The translations under genes were made by a program, and so were the position numbers. 64,000 nucleotides of DNA from assembly GCA_002269645.1 (NCBI GenBank), contig NIVC01000020.1, positions 744,001-808,000 of the forward strand, written 5' to 3'. Shown one piece after another: positions 1 to 20,805 of the stretch. Below the pieces are notes generated by a model that did no database searches, had not been told where the DNA came from, and worked only from the letters and a program-made list of their open reading frames with translations. Position 1 is the stretch's first letter; each line of letters begins with the position of its first letter. This DNA is from Macrostomum lignano (lineage: Eukaryota).

Positions 1-1656
1 ACTCTTCAAAAAGCATCGGTGATCGGGTTTAGACTCGCGCTTTATTTCCTTTTCATTAGCTTTTTTTATATAGCTGCTTGCTTCGTAATGAAAATGTTGA
101 CAAGCTGTGGGAATCAATATCCAGGGACTCTGTAGCAACGAGAACAGAATTTGATTTACGCTGATGCTCGAATTCAAACTATTGATATAAAGTTAATAAT
201 GCTTTACGGTCTTTGTCTGCGTCGTTTACATAACATTAATTGCGTTTTATTCGTTCACTCAACATTAATTAAACTGTATTTTTTATTTTCACAGTTGTGC
301 TGCGCTTCCCAATGATAAAGGAATGACGCTCCATTTTAGGTTAGTGAACAATGCATGAAATTAAGTTTCCATTTCCCCCCAGTTGCAGTTAAAAAGTACA
401 GACGTGAAAATTCGTGACAACAAAATCAATGTTTCGGCCAGTGAGCTAAGATATAGACAGGAAAGTCTTTAAAAAGTAAATGATATATTTTCGCACATAA
501 TCTAGAGAGACAAACTGAAAACAAGAAGCTGAGACGCAAACAAGAATGCACTAACAGGCGCTTTCCTGTAGAGCAAACAGGTAGAAGCGATAACGAATGT
601 TAAAAGACTGGAGGAGTAAACGCGCAGGAAGGGTTTGCATTTTCACCCACTAGTCTTGTGGAGCAGTCGGGCAAAAAAAACAAAAAAGCAACCGGCGCAG
701 TTGACACGGGCGGCTCGGGGCGCGAGCTCCGGCAGGTAAGGCCACGCTGATCAGTAAAGCAGCAACCAGAGCTGACAAAAAAGCATTGGGATCAATTAAG
801 CATTAATAATAAAAAAGCCTCGCAGCCAAGATTTGCTGGGATATCACAGCCAGATTGTCGGGGACTAATAAGGGGGGCATTGGCCAACAGTGAGTTCGTG
901 AATTTGTGAACATAAAAGTCGTGGAGTAAACATTGCTCAGGCCAATAGCTACATGATTAGGAATAACTATATAAAGTATATTATAATACTATACACTATG
1001 AACAACACTTGTGCAGCAAAGTGCGGAACCGCAACCTGTGACGCAATCAACCAAGTGCAGCTCTGTCGCAGTCTGTGCAAGCGGCGAGGCCTGCAAATAG
1101 GATGCAAAGTCTATGGCAAAAAGGTGAAATCGGCGCGGGCCAATGCAAACAGGTTGGATCAAAGATTAGAGCCATCAACAAGATGGACCGCGCAGTATTG
1201 AATGAGTGAACAGGCATAAGTCTATCTAGCTCTTGAATAAACTTGCAGATAAATTTGCTCAATCATGCTCGACCAGCTCAACTAAATGTTCGACTCTACA
1301 CAATCAGCATGCGACTACACAGGCAAAGTTAAAAGAAGCATTCAACCAACCGGAGAGCACCCTGTCAAGTACTAAGCATAGTCAGGAAATTCCCAGTCTC
1401 CATCTGCTTCATCATTATAAAAAATCGAGATCGAATTGTTTTTTAATTTCCCTGCAATATGCGCATCAGCTACTGAATTAAGAGTAGTGTGCATGACCTG
1501 CACAGCGGAGAGAAGAGAGCGGAAAGCGACACGGGAAACTATCCCCCAAAAAAGATTGATTTTATTCAGGACAATTTAAAAACTCGGGACCGGAAACGAT
1601 TGAGTTGCCCTTGGATTTCTAATAGACCTCAAGAATGCCCCACGAGATTGCCGTGA

Positions 1657-1829
1657 GGGCACCCTGGCTGTGGCTTCGGCCCAAAGCCAGCGGCGAGGCA
1701 ATTCTGACCAGCTCGCTGGCTCCTGAGCACTAACAGGCGCGCCAGTACTCGCTCACACAGGGTTTACAGCGGCCCTGGCTTCCTAATCGTCAGGCATGTG
1801 CACTCCTGTATGCCTTGGGGTTGGCCCTC
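1657..1829 (-). mobile_element. SINE body/core segment lacking the tRNA head
   Basis: Reverse complement shares GAGGGCCAACCCC, CCTGACGATTAG, CTGTGTGAGCG, GCTCAGGAGCCAGCG and GCCAGGGTGCCC, in order, with 19581-19767. Confidence 0.6.
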
Positions 1830-2077
1830 CGCGTTGCTCGCCCACTCTGTTCTTCACTCTGCACCTTGCTGTCACCTGTAATCCTTGGGCTGATCGGTAA
1901 TCAGTAATCAGTGGCCGAATCGCTGGGCTTAGCGATGGCTCGAAAAAAGTTCGTCACAACAATTACAAAGTTAGGTAGAAGCAGGAAAACGAATAAAAAT
2001 GAACACGGCTCTCGGGGATGCAGGAGGCGAGTCGGAGCCGCAGCTGATCGGGGTTCGGACTCTGGCAAGCGCGGCCC

Positions 2078-5000
2078 TCACGGCTGCTGGCTGTACTTGG
2101 CGTGCATCCGCTGTGCCACCTCGTACACGTAGGAGATGTCAGGCCTGGCGTCCGGGCTGGGCTGGATCATGGCGCTGACCAGGTCGCGCAGCTGCGGGCG
2201 GCGGCGATGGGGAATTAGAGACCAGTAAGCTACTGTCAGTAGTGCATGTATATCGAACAGAGTGCTGGAGTAAAACAGGAATGCTTAAACTCAGAGATGT
2301 AGATATTTTAGAAAGCCGTAATTTTGACGCAGTTTTTTTACAAACTTTTTAACCTCAAGGACAAGATAAAAAATCCAGCTCATGGCTCCAGCTCTTGAAT
2401 CCAGCTCTCCTTCTCACTCTCCAGAAGAGAGTGGGAAGGAGAGGGAATACAAGATAAGATATGAGAGAAGAGAGAGGAGAGCGGAGAGAAAAAAGGGGAG
2501 AGAGAAGAGAGGGGAGAGAGGGAAGAGAGAGAGGAGAGAGTAGAGAGAGGGGAGAGGGGAGAGAGGAGAGAGGGGAGAGGGCGAGAGAGGAGAGAGTAGA
2601 GAGAGGGGAGAGAGTAGAGAGAGGGGAGAGAGTGGAGAGGGCGAGAGAGGAGAGAGTAGAGAGAGGGGAGAGAGTAGAGAGAGGGGAGAGAGTAGAGAGA
2701 GGAGAGAGTAGAGAGAGGGGAGAGGGGAGAGAGGAGAGAGGGGAGAGGGGCGAGAGAGGAGAGAGTAGAGAGAGGGGAGAGAGTAGAAAGAGGGGAGAGA
2801 GTAGAGAGAGGAGAGAGTAGAGAGAGGGGAGAGAGGAGAGAGGAGAGAGGGGAGAGGGGCGAGAGAGGAGAGAGTAGAGAGAGGGGAGAGAGTAGAGAGG
2901 AGAGAGTAGAGAGAGGGGAGAGAGTAGAGAGGAGAGAGGAGAGAGAGGGGAGAGAAGGGAGAAGAGAGGAGAGGGGAGAGAGGAGAGAAAAAAGGGGAGA
3001 GAGAAGAGAGGGGAGAGAGGGAAGAGAGAGGAGAGAGTAGAGAGAAGAGAGTAGAGAGGAGAGAGGAGAGAGAGGGGAGAGAAGGGAGAAGAGAGGATAG
3101 GGGAGAGAGGAGAGAGGAGAGGGCAGAGAGGAGAGAGGAGAGGAGAGGGGAGGTGCTTAAAAGAGACATGAACCATGAGCGGATGGGCTCGCTATCGTAA
3201 AGTTTCAAAGGACCCGACGGCCGGATAGAGAGGCTTCGCGGGTGGGAGTTTGCCGACCCCAGGGTTAGCCCAATTAAACAGTTAAGTGGATAATAAAATC
3301 TGATTTTAAAATGAGGCTATTTTTAAATCACTACTGAAAATCAGAAATCTTAAAATCAGCTTATTAAACTTGATAACAAGTTTACCTCGCTCGAGTAGAT
3401 GTCCGCAGGCAGGGGCGGGTAGTCGCACTGCTCAATCTTCTTGCACAGCGAGTACAGGTTCATCTTGTCGCCATAGAAGGGGCTCTGCAGGGCGGCCATC
3501 TCGTACAGCAGGCAGCCCAGGGACCACAGGTCCGACTTGAAGTTGTAGCCGTTCTCGTGGATGCGCTCGGGGCTCATGTAGTAGGGCGTGCCGACTGGGG
3601 GGGGGCAGCGGGCTGCTATGAGTGATCTAACAGTCCCGACTCCTGACCCAACAGTCCCAACTCCTGACCCAACAGTCCCAAATCCTGACCCAACAGTTCC
3701 TACTCCTGACCCAACAGTCCCAACTCCTGACCCAACAGTCCCAAATCCTGACCCAACAGAGCAGCAACCACTCACCAAGCGAGTGGGCATTGGTGGTCTT
3801 GGAGCTGAAGAAGCGACCAAGGCCCAGGTCTCCCAGCTTAACCTGGCCGCTGGCCGTGATGAACACGTTAGCCGGCTTGATGTCTGCGGGTATCAAAGCC
3901 GATGCATACTACTCATTAGCGATATGGGCGCCAATTTCTAAATGCTTTTAGAGATCTTTGGTGCAATCAATGCAGAACCGGATCCTGAATTTCGATCCGG
4001 TTCAAATCAATAACCAGCTTTAGCTTTGGTGCAATCAATGCAGAACCGGATCCTGAATTTCGATCCGGTTCAAATCAATAACCAGCTTTAGCTTTGGTGC
4101 AATCAATGCAGAACCGGATCTTGAATTTCGATCCGGTTCAAATCAATAACCAGCTTTAGCTTTGGTGCAATCAATGCAGAACCGGATCTTGAATTTCGAT
4201 CCGGTTCAAATCAATAACCAGCTTTAGCAAAGACGAAGCGATGGAAATGAGTTCACAGTCTTTGACTCTCGGCTCTTTCAGGGCCACTATTGAGAGAAAA
4301 GTCATGCTGAGACTGCCTGCTCCCCACACCCTCAAGTGAGAAGGCAATGCCCTCAAGCCATGGCAATAGCAGCCCACCTCTGTGCATAATCCGTTTGGAG
4401 TGCATGTGGTCCAGGCCGCTGCAGATCTGCACAAAGTACTTCCAGATGGTCTTCTCCGGGATGAGGCGCTGCTGCTTCTTGAAGTGCTGCAAGGAGGGTT
4501 GCAACGGGGCGGCGAGGGGATATGAGAGCGGGGCGGCCATTGTGCTGTGCGTGAGGATAGGGAAGGGGAAAAGTGGCACTGGGAATTCATTAAGGCACGG
4601 AGTGCTAAACCTACACATCTGGAGACTGAGCAGCTTGAAGTAGTGAGAGCGGAAGGGGTTTCCACTCCAGATATTTCTATCTAGAAGTCTGTGAGATAGT
4701 GAAATCAGAGCTTTCACTCCTGATGTTTATATCCAGGAGTCCGTGCGGCAGTAATAAAATCGAAAACGGGTTTCCACTCCATATGTCTATATCCAGGAGT
4801 CCCTGAGGCAGTAGTGAAAGTGGAGGGGTTTCCACTCCAGATGTTTATACCCAAGAGTCCGTGAGGCAGCAGCAGCTCACCTTGATCATGCGGGACAGGT
4901 CCCCGGCGTCGGCCAGCTCCAGCACAATGTTCAGCTCATTGTTCTCAATAAATGAGGCCAGGTAGCGAATGACGTTTGGGTGGTCCAGTTGCTGCGGTGT

Positions 5001-6824
5001 GCCGGGCGAGCATAAATTATTCATGAGCAAAACCGGTGGGTCAATAATTCATCTGAGGACTTTTCTTCACACAGCGCCTGCACAACCCCTTATCCCATGC
5101 CAGCTGAGCCTGAGGCTTGGGGATTAAAAGGCTGGGGCTGCGGCCCTCCATTTGTACCCACCTTGAGCAAGTCGATCTCCTTGATGCAGTCCTGCCGCGC
5201 CTTGGCGTCCATCATCTCGAAGATCTGCGGGTTGTGGCGGCGGGCGAGCTCTGCGTTTTGCCTGTTTGATCTCTGCTGGGCCGTGCTCAAATATCTCTCT
5301 TGAGTTGAGAAAGTTGAGCACTTTGTAAAGTCAATCAAGAATTAGGCAAAAACCAGCCGAGTTGTGAGTTGCAATCAGGCAAAAGTGCAAATTTGTGAGT
5401 TTGCCAGGCGCTTCGCAAATCAAGACTTGGCGGCCTGCATGGGATTCTGAAAGCTGCCTTTAGGCCGATGTGGGAAGTGAGGGTCAAGCCGGAGCTAGAG
5501 ATCAGATCCCAATATGGGAAGTGAGGGTCAAGCCGGAGCTAGAGATCAGATCCCAATATGGGAAGTGAGGGTCAAGCCGGAGCTAGAGATCAGATCCCAA
5601 TATGGGAAGTGAGGGTCAAGTCAGAGCTAGAGATCAGATCCCAATATGGGAAGTGAGGGTCAAGCCGGGGCTAGAGATCAAATCCCAATATGGGAAGTGA
5701 GGGTCAAGCCGGAGCCAGAGATCAGATCCCAATATGGGAAGTGAGGGTCAAGCCGGAGCCAGAGATCAGATCCCAATATGGGAAGTGAGGGTCAAGCCGG
5801 AGCCAGAGATCAGATCCCAATATGGGAAGTGAGGGTCAAGCCGGAGCCAGAGATCAGATCCCAATATGGGAAGTGAGGGTCAAGCCGGAGCCAGAGATCA
5901 GATCCCAATATGGGAAGTGAGGGTCAAGCCGGAGCTAGAGATCAGATCCCAATATGGGAAGTGAGGGTCAAGCCGGAGCCAGAGATCAGATCCCAATATG
6001 GGAAGTGAGGGTCAAGCCGGAGAGAACAATCCAGGAATTCCAGTGCAGAATCCAGCGCAAGGGGCAGCCGAGGCCCTACCTGGACCTTCTTAAGCGCCAC
6101 CACGCATTCGTCCTCGCGGCAGATGGCGCGCCAAACCTCGCTGAACTGGCCCTTGCCAATTTTTTTATCAATTTTGAACTTGGCCAGGGAGCCGTACTTA
6201 TTTTCCGGGTCGTGATTCGGCACCACAAAGTCAGCGTCCATGGCTGCTGCAAGACGCGCATTGGCACACAAAGTTTGAATTTAAATGAGCAGTTTTGATT
6301 GAGCGGCGCTCGGGTTACTACTATTAAATCAGCTGATCAGCAGATCGATAATTAGTCTTGCCAAGATTTGTTATTGCAGTTATTGATCGATTTGTTAGAT
6401 CGAATTTGATTAGAAAGCTGTATGGCTAAAAATGATTAGAGAGCAGCGCCGAGTTAGCAAGTTCGAAGCGGCACACTGCATAGCAACGGGCGCAATTGCC
6501 TTAGCAACGAAGCGAGGCGACATTAGCTACCTGAACTTTCTTGAGCGCCACAACCCTGCCGTCAACAATGCAGTGAGCTTTGTACACAACCGAGAACTGG
6601 CCCTTCCCTATGCGCTTCTCAATCTGCAGGTTGGCCAGCGCGGAGTAGGGGTTCTCTTGGGGCAGCTGCACTGGATAGCTGAAGTCTGCATCATAGGCGG
6701 CAGCTGCTGCCGGCACATGCGGAGCAGCAAGCGCAGTATAGTACAGAGTGCCCTGCTGTGGCTGCTGCTGCTGTTGAAGAAAAGCCTCGCCAATGTTGTA
6801 GCGATAGTCCTGCTGACCGTCCAT
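2078..6824 (-). CDS. NEK7: NIMA-related kinase 6/7 (NEK6/7), two alternative first coding exons plus six shared exons
   Basis: Exons (minus): 1a 6531-6824 or 1b 6080-6241; 5162-5224; 4881-4991; 4378-4486; 3776-3883; 3386-3594; 2078-2191 (TGA). All junctions are GT-AG and in phase. The spliced protein reads [97 protein letters not shown], near-identical to NEK6/NEK7 as recalled. About 335 aa (1a) or 291 aa (1b). Confidence 0.96.
2336..3260. mobile_element. Degenerate second copy of the Charlie-like MITE with internal GA-rich array (NEK last intron)
   Basis: 3155-3260 aligns by eye to 25562-25678 (GGCCGGATAGAGAGGCTT..GGAGTTTGCCGACCCC). The left end CAAACTTTT..ACCT.AAGG resembles 24873-24895. 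Confidence 0.55.
2462..3150. repeat. GA-rich simple repeat array
   Basis: (GAGAG/GGAGA)n, seen directly. Confidence 0.95.
3629..3758. repeat. 21-bp minisatellite, about 6 copies (NEK intron)
   Basis: Unit AACAGTCCCAACTCCTGACCC. Confidence 0.9.
3957..4228. repeat. 68-bp tandem repeat x4, each unit with a 10-bp-stem hairpin
   Basis: Unit contains GAACCGGATC-N9-GATCCGGTTC. Confidence 0.9.
4655..4868. repeat. Degenerate ~55-60-bp tandem repeat, about 4 copies
   Basis: Recurring TTTCCACTCCAGAT.TTTATA..CAGGAGTCC.TG.GGCAG. Confidence 0.7.
5471..6021. repeat. 44-bp minisatellite, about 12.5 copies (NEK intron 1)
   Basis: Unit TGGGAAGTGAGGGTCAAGCCGGAGC(T/C)AGAGATCAGATCCCAATA. Confidence 0.95.
6080..6241 (-). 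CDS. NEK7: NEK6/7 alternative first exon 1b (short N-terminus plus subdomains I-II)
   Basis: ATG 6241 (GCCATGG context); MDADFVVP...[36 protein letters not shown]; phase-0 donor CAG|GTAGGG at 6079. Confidence 0.88.
6531..6824 (-). CDS. NEK7: NEK6/7 alternative first exon 1a (long N-terminus plus subdomains I-II)
   Basis: ATG 6824; MDGQQDY...YDADFSYP...[36 protein letters not shown]; phase-0 donor CAG|GTAGCT at 6530. Confidence 0.88.
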
Positions 6825-7815
6825 TGTATGCTCTGTGTGCAGCCTACAGACTGTCAGTTGTCTAGCAAATCAGGTTGGCATGGCAACCAATGTTACAGTG
6901 ATGACCCCAGATTTCATTACTGACTTAATTATGATCTTTTTGAAGAAAAGTAGAAAAAGTAGAAGAAAGGCATTATATGTTAACAAAAGCTCACCTATAA
7001 AGCATCCCTACTAGAAATTAATGTTTAAAACCTATAGACTTTTGCTACTAAATCTCAAGAATTACCAACTCATAAGCCTTGATAAACATTAGCCTATTGC
7101 TTTGCTAAAAAATTGTCACTAAACATTTGCCAACAAAACTAAGAGCATGCTAATTTTTCTAGATACCTGCATATTTAAAAAATATCACTTATTCTAACAA
7201 AATTGTTTGACTTTATATAAAGTAATATTTTCTATTAGACCATCTTAAATTAAAAGGAACATGTTTTTAAATATTTAGATTTTTCTTTAACATTTCTAAT
7301 TAGCTTCAATTTTATTTTATCACTTTATTGACACTTAGTAAGTCAATAGAAATATATGATTTTTAATTATTCTGGCAATATAGATTAATTATAGTTGCTT
7401 AAAAAATAAGAGTAAAATTAATACAAAATGAACTAAAATAAAAAATCTGATTTCTTTAACAGTTAAATAATAAAATGTTCTTTGCAATTATGATTTTCTT
7501 TGATTGGTTAATATTCTATAGATCACATTATACTTGTCTAAATGAATACATTAGGGTAGGAATTATTTTTGCAATGAGAATAATAACTTTGACTTAAGAT
7601 AGTTTTGGGCAAAAATTAAATTTTAATTTTAATTATTCTAAAAGTACCATATTTCTTGTGAAAGGTTGCAAATACTTTTAAACAGAAATAAAACATTAGA
7701 AAGCATATCAAAATATGGTCACAGTCACATAACTATAACTATCTTTTAGTTGAAAATTGATTGGATTACTTTATTATTGAACTTTAAAATGAAGGTTAAA
7801 AAACTGTGTGTTAAG

Positions 7816-8100
7816 CATACATGCGCAACAGTCGGCCGAGTCAGCCGATCTGGCCGACCGATTTGGTGGCCAACCAAGGAAGTTGCAAAAATGCCCACCC
7901 AAAAAACAACTTAGTAGTACTAAGTAGCTGACGAGGCATTTTGGCTTAATGGGACAACTCCTGCCGTTTACCCAAAGTTGCGTTAATTTTGCCTTAGGTT
8001 TTTTTTACATGTAAGTCGCGTTTTTGGCCAAAAACTACGTCGCATTTTTGTTAAAACTAAGTCGCACGGCCGACTGAATTGTGGAGGTTGCGCATGTATG
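7816..8100. mobile_element. MITE, 285 bp, 14-bp TIR CATACATGCGCAAC, 8-bp TSD (P-element-like or hAT-like)
   Basis: Perfect TIRs at 7816 and 8087-8100; GTGTTAAG flanks both sides (7808-7815, 8101-8108). Confidence 0.85.
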
Positions 8101-9329
8101 GTGTTAAGAAATATCTTTTATGTTTTTTAGCCTTACGCTAAAATGCTTAGTCTAAGATAGGCCTAGCAAATCCTGTCTATAACAGCAATAATGCTTACTA
8201 AGCTTATTATTCTAGGGTAGGCAAGCTGCTGCTGGCAACAGTGGCAAGGGGCAAGGGCCAAAGCTTTTAGTTTGGGCAAGGGCATGGTACAAGCTAATTA
8301 ATACATGTACAGTATCCTTATAGCATGTTAATTTTTAACATTACATTTATAACGTTAATTTTGTTCGTCCATTAACGTCATATACACAAAAATTAAAATA
8401 TTTAATGATGTAGGTATGGTTAAACTGGTAATAAAAACGGCATTCTTAAGCAATCTAAATTTCTACTCTAGCTTTCTTCGAACTGTCCTGTGGCAATGGT
8501 GTAAGAAAGGGCCTGCAATGTTAGACAAAAAAATTAGATTTAGCTTGCTAATAAAATTGTTTATCTACTGCTTTTTAGAAAGCGACGCCTAGTGAATTAG
8601 ACTTAATACTACGTTTGTTTAAATTTCGCTTCTTTGCTTTACGGAGTTAGGAGCCTACAGATCTATAGATGTGTCGTTGCTTTTCAGTTGGGGACCATTT
8701 GCACTGTTATATACAGTGGTCCTTGCTCAGTCACTTTCTCAGTGTTATATACAGTTGGTCCTTGTGACTGAGCACTTAGAAAGGTATTGCAAGAATTTAT
8801 CAACGATGTAAAGCGGATTAAGGATAGATGCATGATGTGGGTAGAATTTTTCCATTTCTAAACTTATTACACGTCCAAGCTTAGTGAGTTGTTCATGGGG
8901 TTGGGGACCATGCACAGCTCATTGATAATTTTCTTGTCTCTTCATTTGTGATGTCTGTTGTGGTGACCGGGCCTAGCTGATTGCTAACTATTTTCGATCC
9001 GCACACAATTCGATTTTTTAGCTGCATGTTACAACTGTATACATTTTCTGAAATCAATAGTCTCCTATAGTGTCCTTCAACGCCAATTTTTCGCTTATTG
9101 TCAATCGTGCTGCAGGTCCTGTCCCACTGGGAATTTAAATGCTCTGTCAAGGACTAATAGCAGTATATAATTATGGTTAATAGTATGAAGCAAGAACTGT
9201 TTCTTTGATAAGTGCAGGCCGTTTAATTACTACATCGATAAAACACTGCCTCTTTGGAAGGCTAAACTAAACTTTGGATTTTTTAGTTCAGAGCAGCTTG
9301 ACTGTCTCATCTCGGTGTGCGATTAGGCA

Positions 9330-17701
<8,372 letters not shown>

Positions 17702-17962
17702 CGCGCACTGCCAGCGAGCTGCCCGAATGCCTCACCTTCTGCACGCCCCGCCTGCTTTAAGCGAGTCCCCCAGCCTCCTCCCCATCTCCGCTTCCTGGCC
17801 TCCGCGTCACTGGCCGCTACTCCAGAGAGCCAATGCACGGCTGAGGCCACTGCTAGTCCAGCTTCGCTGCAAAATTCAGCCTTCAGCCGGGAGCGTCTCG
17901 CGTTATGCCTCCATCTGCATGCTTGCGACAACACTGACTGATGTCCGATGTGCCGCATTCCT

Positions 17963-19186
17963 GTTGTGGCATGGAAGCTGTGCCAAATGACACCGGTCCT
18001 CCTGTTGTGGCATGGAAGCTGTGCCAAATGACACCGGTCCTCCTGTGTGGCATGGAAGCTGTGCCAAATGACACCGGTCCTCCTGTTGTGGCATGGAAGC
18101 TGTGCCAAATGACGCCGGTCCTCCTGTTGTGGCATGGAAGCTGTGCCAAATGACGCCGGTCCTCCTGTGTGGCATGGAAGCTGTGCCAAATGACACCGGT
18201 CCTCCTGTGTGGCATGGAAGCTGTGCCAAATGACACCGGTCCTCCTGTGTGGCATGGAAGCTGTGCCAAATGACACCGGTCCTTCTGTGTGGCATGGAAG
18301 TTGTGCCAAATGACACCGGTCCTCCTGTTGTGGCATGGAAGCTGTGCCAAATGACGCCGGTCCTCCTGTGTGGCATGGAAGCTGTGCCAAATGACACCGG
18401 TCCTCCTGTGTGGCATGGAAGCTGTGCCAAATGACACCGGTCCTCCTGTGTGGCATGGAAGCTGTGCCAAATGACACCGGTCCTCCTGTGTGGCATGGAA
18501 GCTGTGCCAAATGACACCGGTCCTCCTGTTGTGGCATGGAAGCTGTGCCAAATGACACCAGTCCTCCTGTGTGGCATGGAAGCTGTGCCAAATGACACCG
18601 GTCCTCCTGTTGTGGCATGGAAGCTGTGCCAAATGACACCGGTCCTCCTGCGTGGCATGGAAGCTGTGCCAAATGACACCGGTCCTCCTGTGTGGCATGG
18701 AAGCTGTGCCAAATGACACCGGTCCTTCTGTGTGGCATGGAAGTTGTGCCAAATGACACCGGTCCTCCTGTTGTGGCATGGAAGCTGTGCCAAATGACAC
18801 CGGTCCTCCTGTGTGGCATGGAAGCTGTGCCAAATGACACCGGTCCTCCTGTTGTGGCATGGAAGCTGTGCCAAATGACACCGGTCCTCCTGTTGTGGCA
18901 TGGAAGCTGTGCCAAACGACACCGGTCCTCCTGTTGTGGCATGGAAGCTGTGCCAAATGACACCGGTCCTCCTGTTGTGGCATGGAAGCTGTGCCAAATG
19001 ACACCGGTCCTCCTGTTGTGGCATGGAAGCTGTGCCAAATGACACCGGTCCTCCTGTGTGGCATGGAAGCTGTGCCAAATGACACCGGTCCTCCTGCGTG
19101 GCATGGAAGCTGTGCCAAATGACACCGGTCCTCCTGCGTGGCATGGAAGCTGTGCCAAATGACACCGGTCCTCCTGCGTGGCATGG
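17963..19186. repeat. ~36-39-bp VNTR upstream of the iGluR start codon
   Basis: Unit GTGGCATGGAAGCTGTGCCAAATGACACCGGTCCTCCT(G/GTT); about 30 copies. Confidence 0.95.
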
Positions 19187-19448
19187 ATCCTGGTCCTAAA
19201 AGTTTTCAAACCCCATTTGATGCAGTGCATTTGACAAAAACTGTTTATTTTGTGTGCAACTTTAGATGAATGTTCTGCCTATGAGAATATCCCAGTTCAG
19301 TGCTACAAGTTGCAATTTTTCTTTGATTTCTTTGATGCACCTCTGGCACGCAAAGTCGACCATAACACGAAATCCACTTTTACTGTCTGCCCTCTCTCTG
19401 GGCTTCCGCTTCCTGAAGCCGGTCGCCAACTCGATAAAAATCCGGGCT

Positions 19449-19790
19449 GGGGCAGAGCAGCTCAGCGGCAGACATGTCTCACTCTCGCTCCGCAGATCCC
19501 TGGTTCGATTCCGGGCGCAAACACATTTATTAGGGGCTTGTTCACTAGCAATTGGTCAGGTGGACTGTCGTGCGATTCGCACCCATGAGGGCCAACCCCC
19601 AGGGCACAGCGAATGTACATACCTGACGATTAGAAATTCAGGATCGCTGTACACTCTGTGTGAGCGCGTGTGTGAGTGCCTTCCTGCGTACAGCATTGCG
19701 CTCAGGAGCCAGCGGAATGAACAAACTGCCTCAGCGCTGTCGCTGAAGGCGTTGCGCCAGGGTGCCCAAAGCCGCCTGCGAATTGAATAT
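19449..19790 (+). mobile_element. tRNA-derived SINE
   Basis: Pol III A box AGCTCAGCGG (19459-19468) and B box GGTTCGATTCC (19502-19512). The body (19581-19767) is similar to an inverted segment at 1657-1829. Confidence 0.65.
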
Positions 19791-19829
19791 AGATATGACT
19801 GCCGGAGCACTGGCAGCATCGAGATTTAA

Positions 19830-20079
19830 AGCTGGCGCCCCTGGTGCTGGCGCCCCTGGTGCTGGCGCCCCTGGTGCTGGCGCCCCTGGTGCTGGCGCCC
19901 CTGGTGCTGGCGCCCCTGGTGCTGGCGCCCCTGGTGCTGGCGCCCCTGGTGCTGGCGCCCCTGGTGCTGGCGCCCCTGGTGCTGGCGCCCCTGGTGCTGG
20001 CGCCCCTGGTGCTGGCGCCCCTGGTGCTGGCGCCCCTGGTGCTGGCGCCCCTGGTGCTGGCGCCCCTGGTGCTGGCGCC
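19830..20079. repeat. 15-bp minisatellite (GCTGGCGCCCCTGGT)n, about 17 copies
   Basis: Perfect tandem array just 3' of the SINE. Confidence 0.95.
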
Positions 20080-20422
20080 ACTCATGCACAGAAATCGGTC
20101 AGATACTCGAATTCGTGCGTAAATTTCAAACAAAGCTGATTTTGTCTCCGCAGTAACTACCAGAAGTAGCGCGTGCGCAAAAATGTCTGTTATTCGTAAA
20201 ATTTGACATTATAAAAGCTTCCACGCAAAAATACTGAGACTCTTGGTCTAGTTTAAAGTGCTCCCAGACTGAGACCTGGTACCTAACCCAATTTTATTGT
20301 CGACCGTAAGCATATCAACCGAAGCAGGATTAAGTGGACTCATTTATGATCACGGGAATTATTATTTTGAACGTAAAAAACTGTTTTACAACAAAAACCA
20401 AGGGCGCTGTGTACTAAAGGTC

Positions 20423-20805
<383 letters not shown>

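Noticed and set aside
560-745. Plus-strand donor CAG|GTAAGG near 737, suggesting an exon of another gene
   Set aside because: No upstream ORF or downstream partner exon is identifiable in the window.
2355-3208. Long Leu/Ser/Pro-rich and Arg/Glu-rich ORFs
   Set aside because: Translations of the GA microsatellite; no domain content.
3957-4228. CRISPR-like palindromic direct repeats
   Set aside because: No unique spacers, eukaryotic intronic context and no cas genes. The same applies to the other arrays.
19449-19520. Functional tRNA gene
   Set aside because: A and B boxes are present, but I could not fold a convincing acceptor or anticodon stem, and the sequence continues into a repeated body; called a SINE instead.
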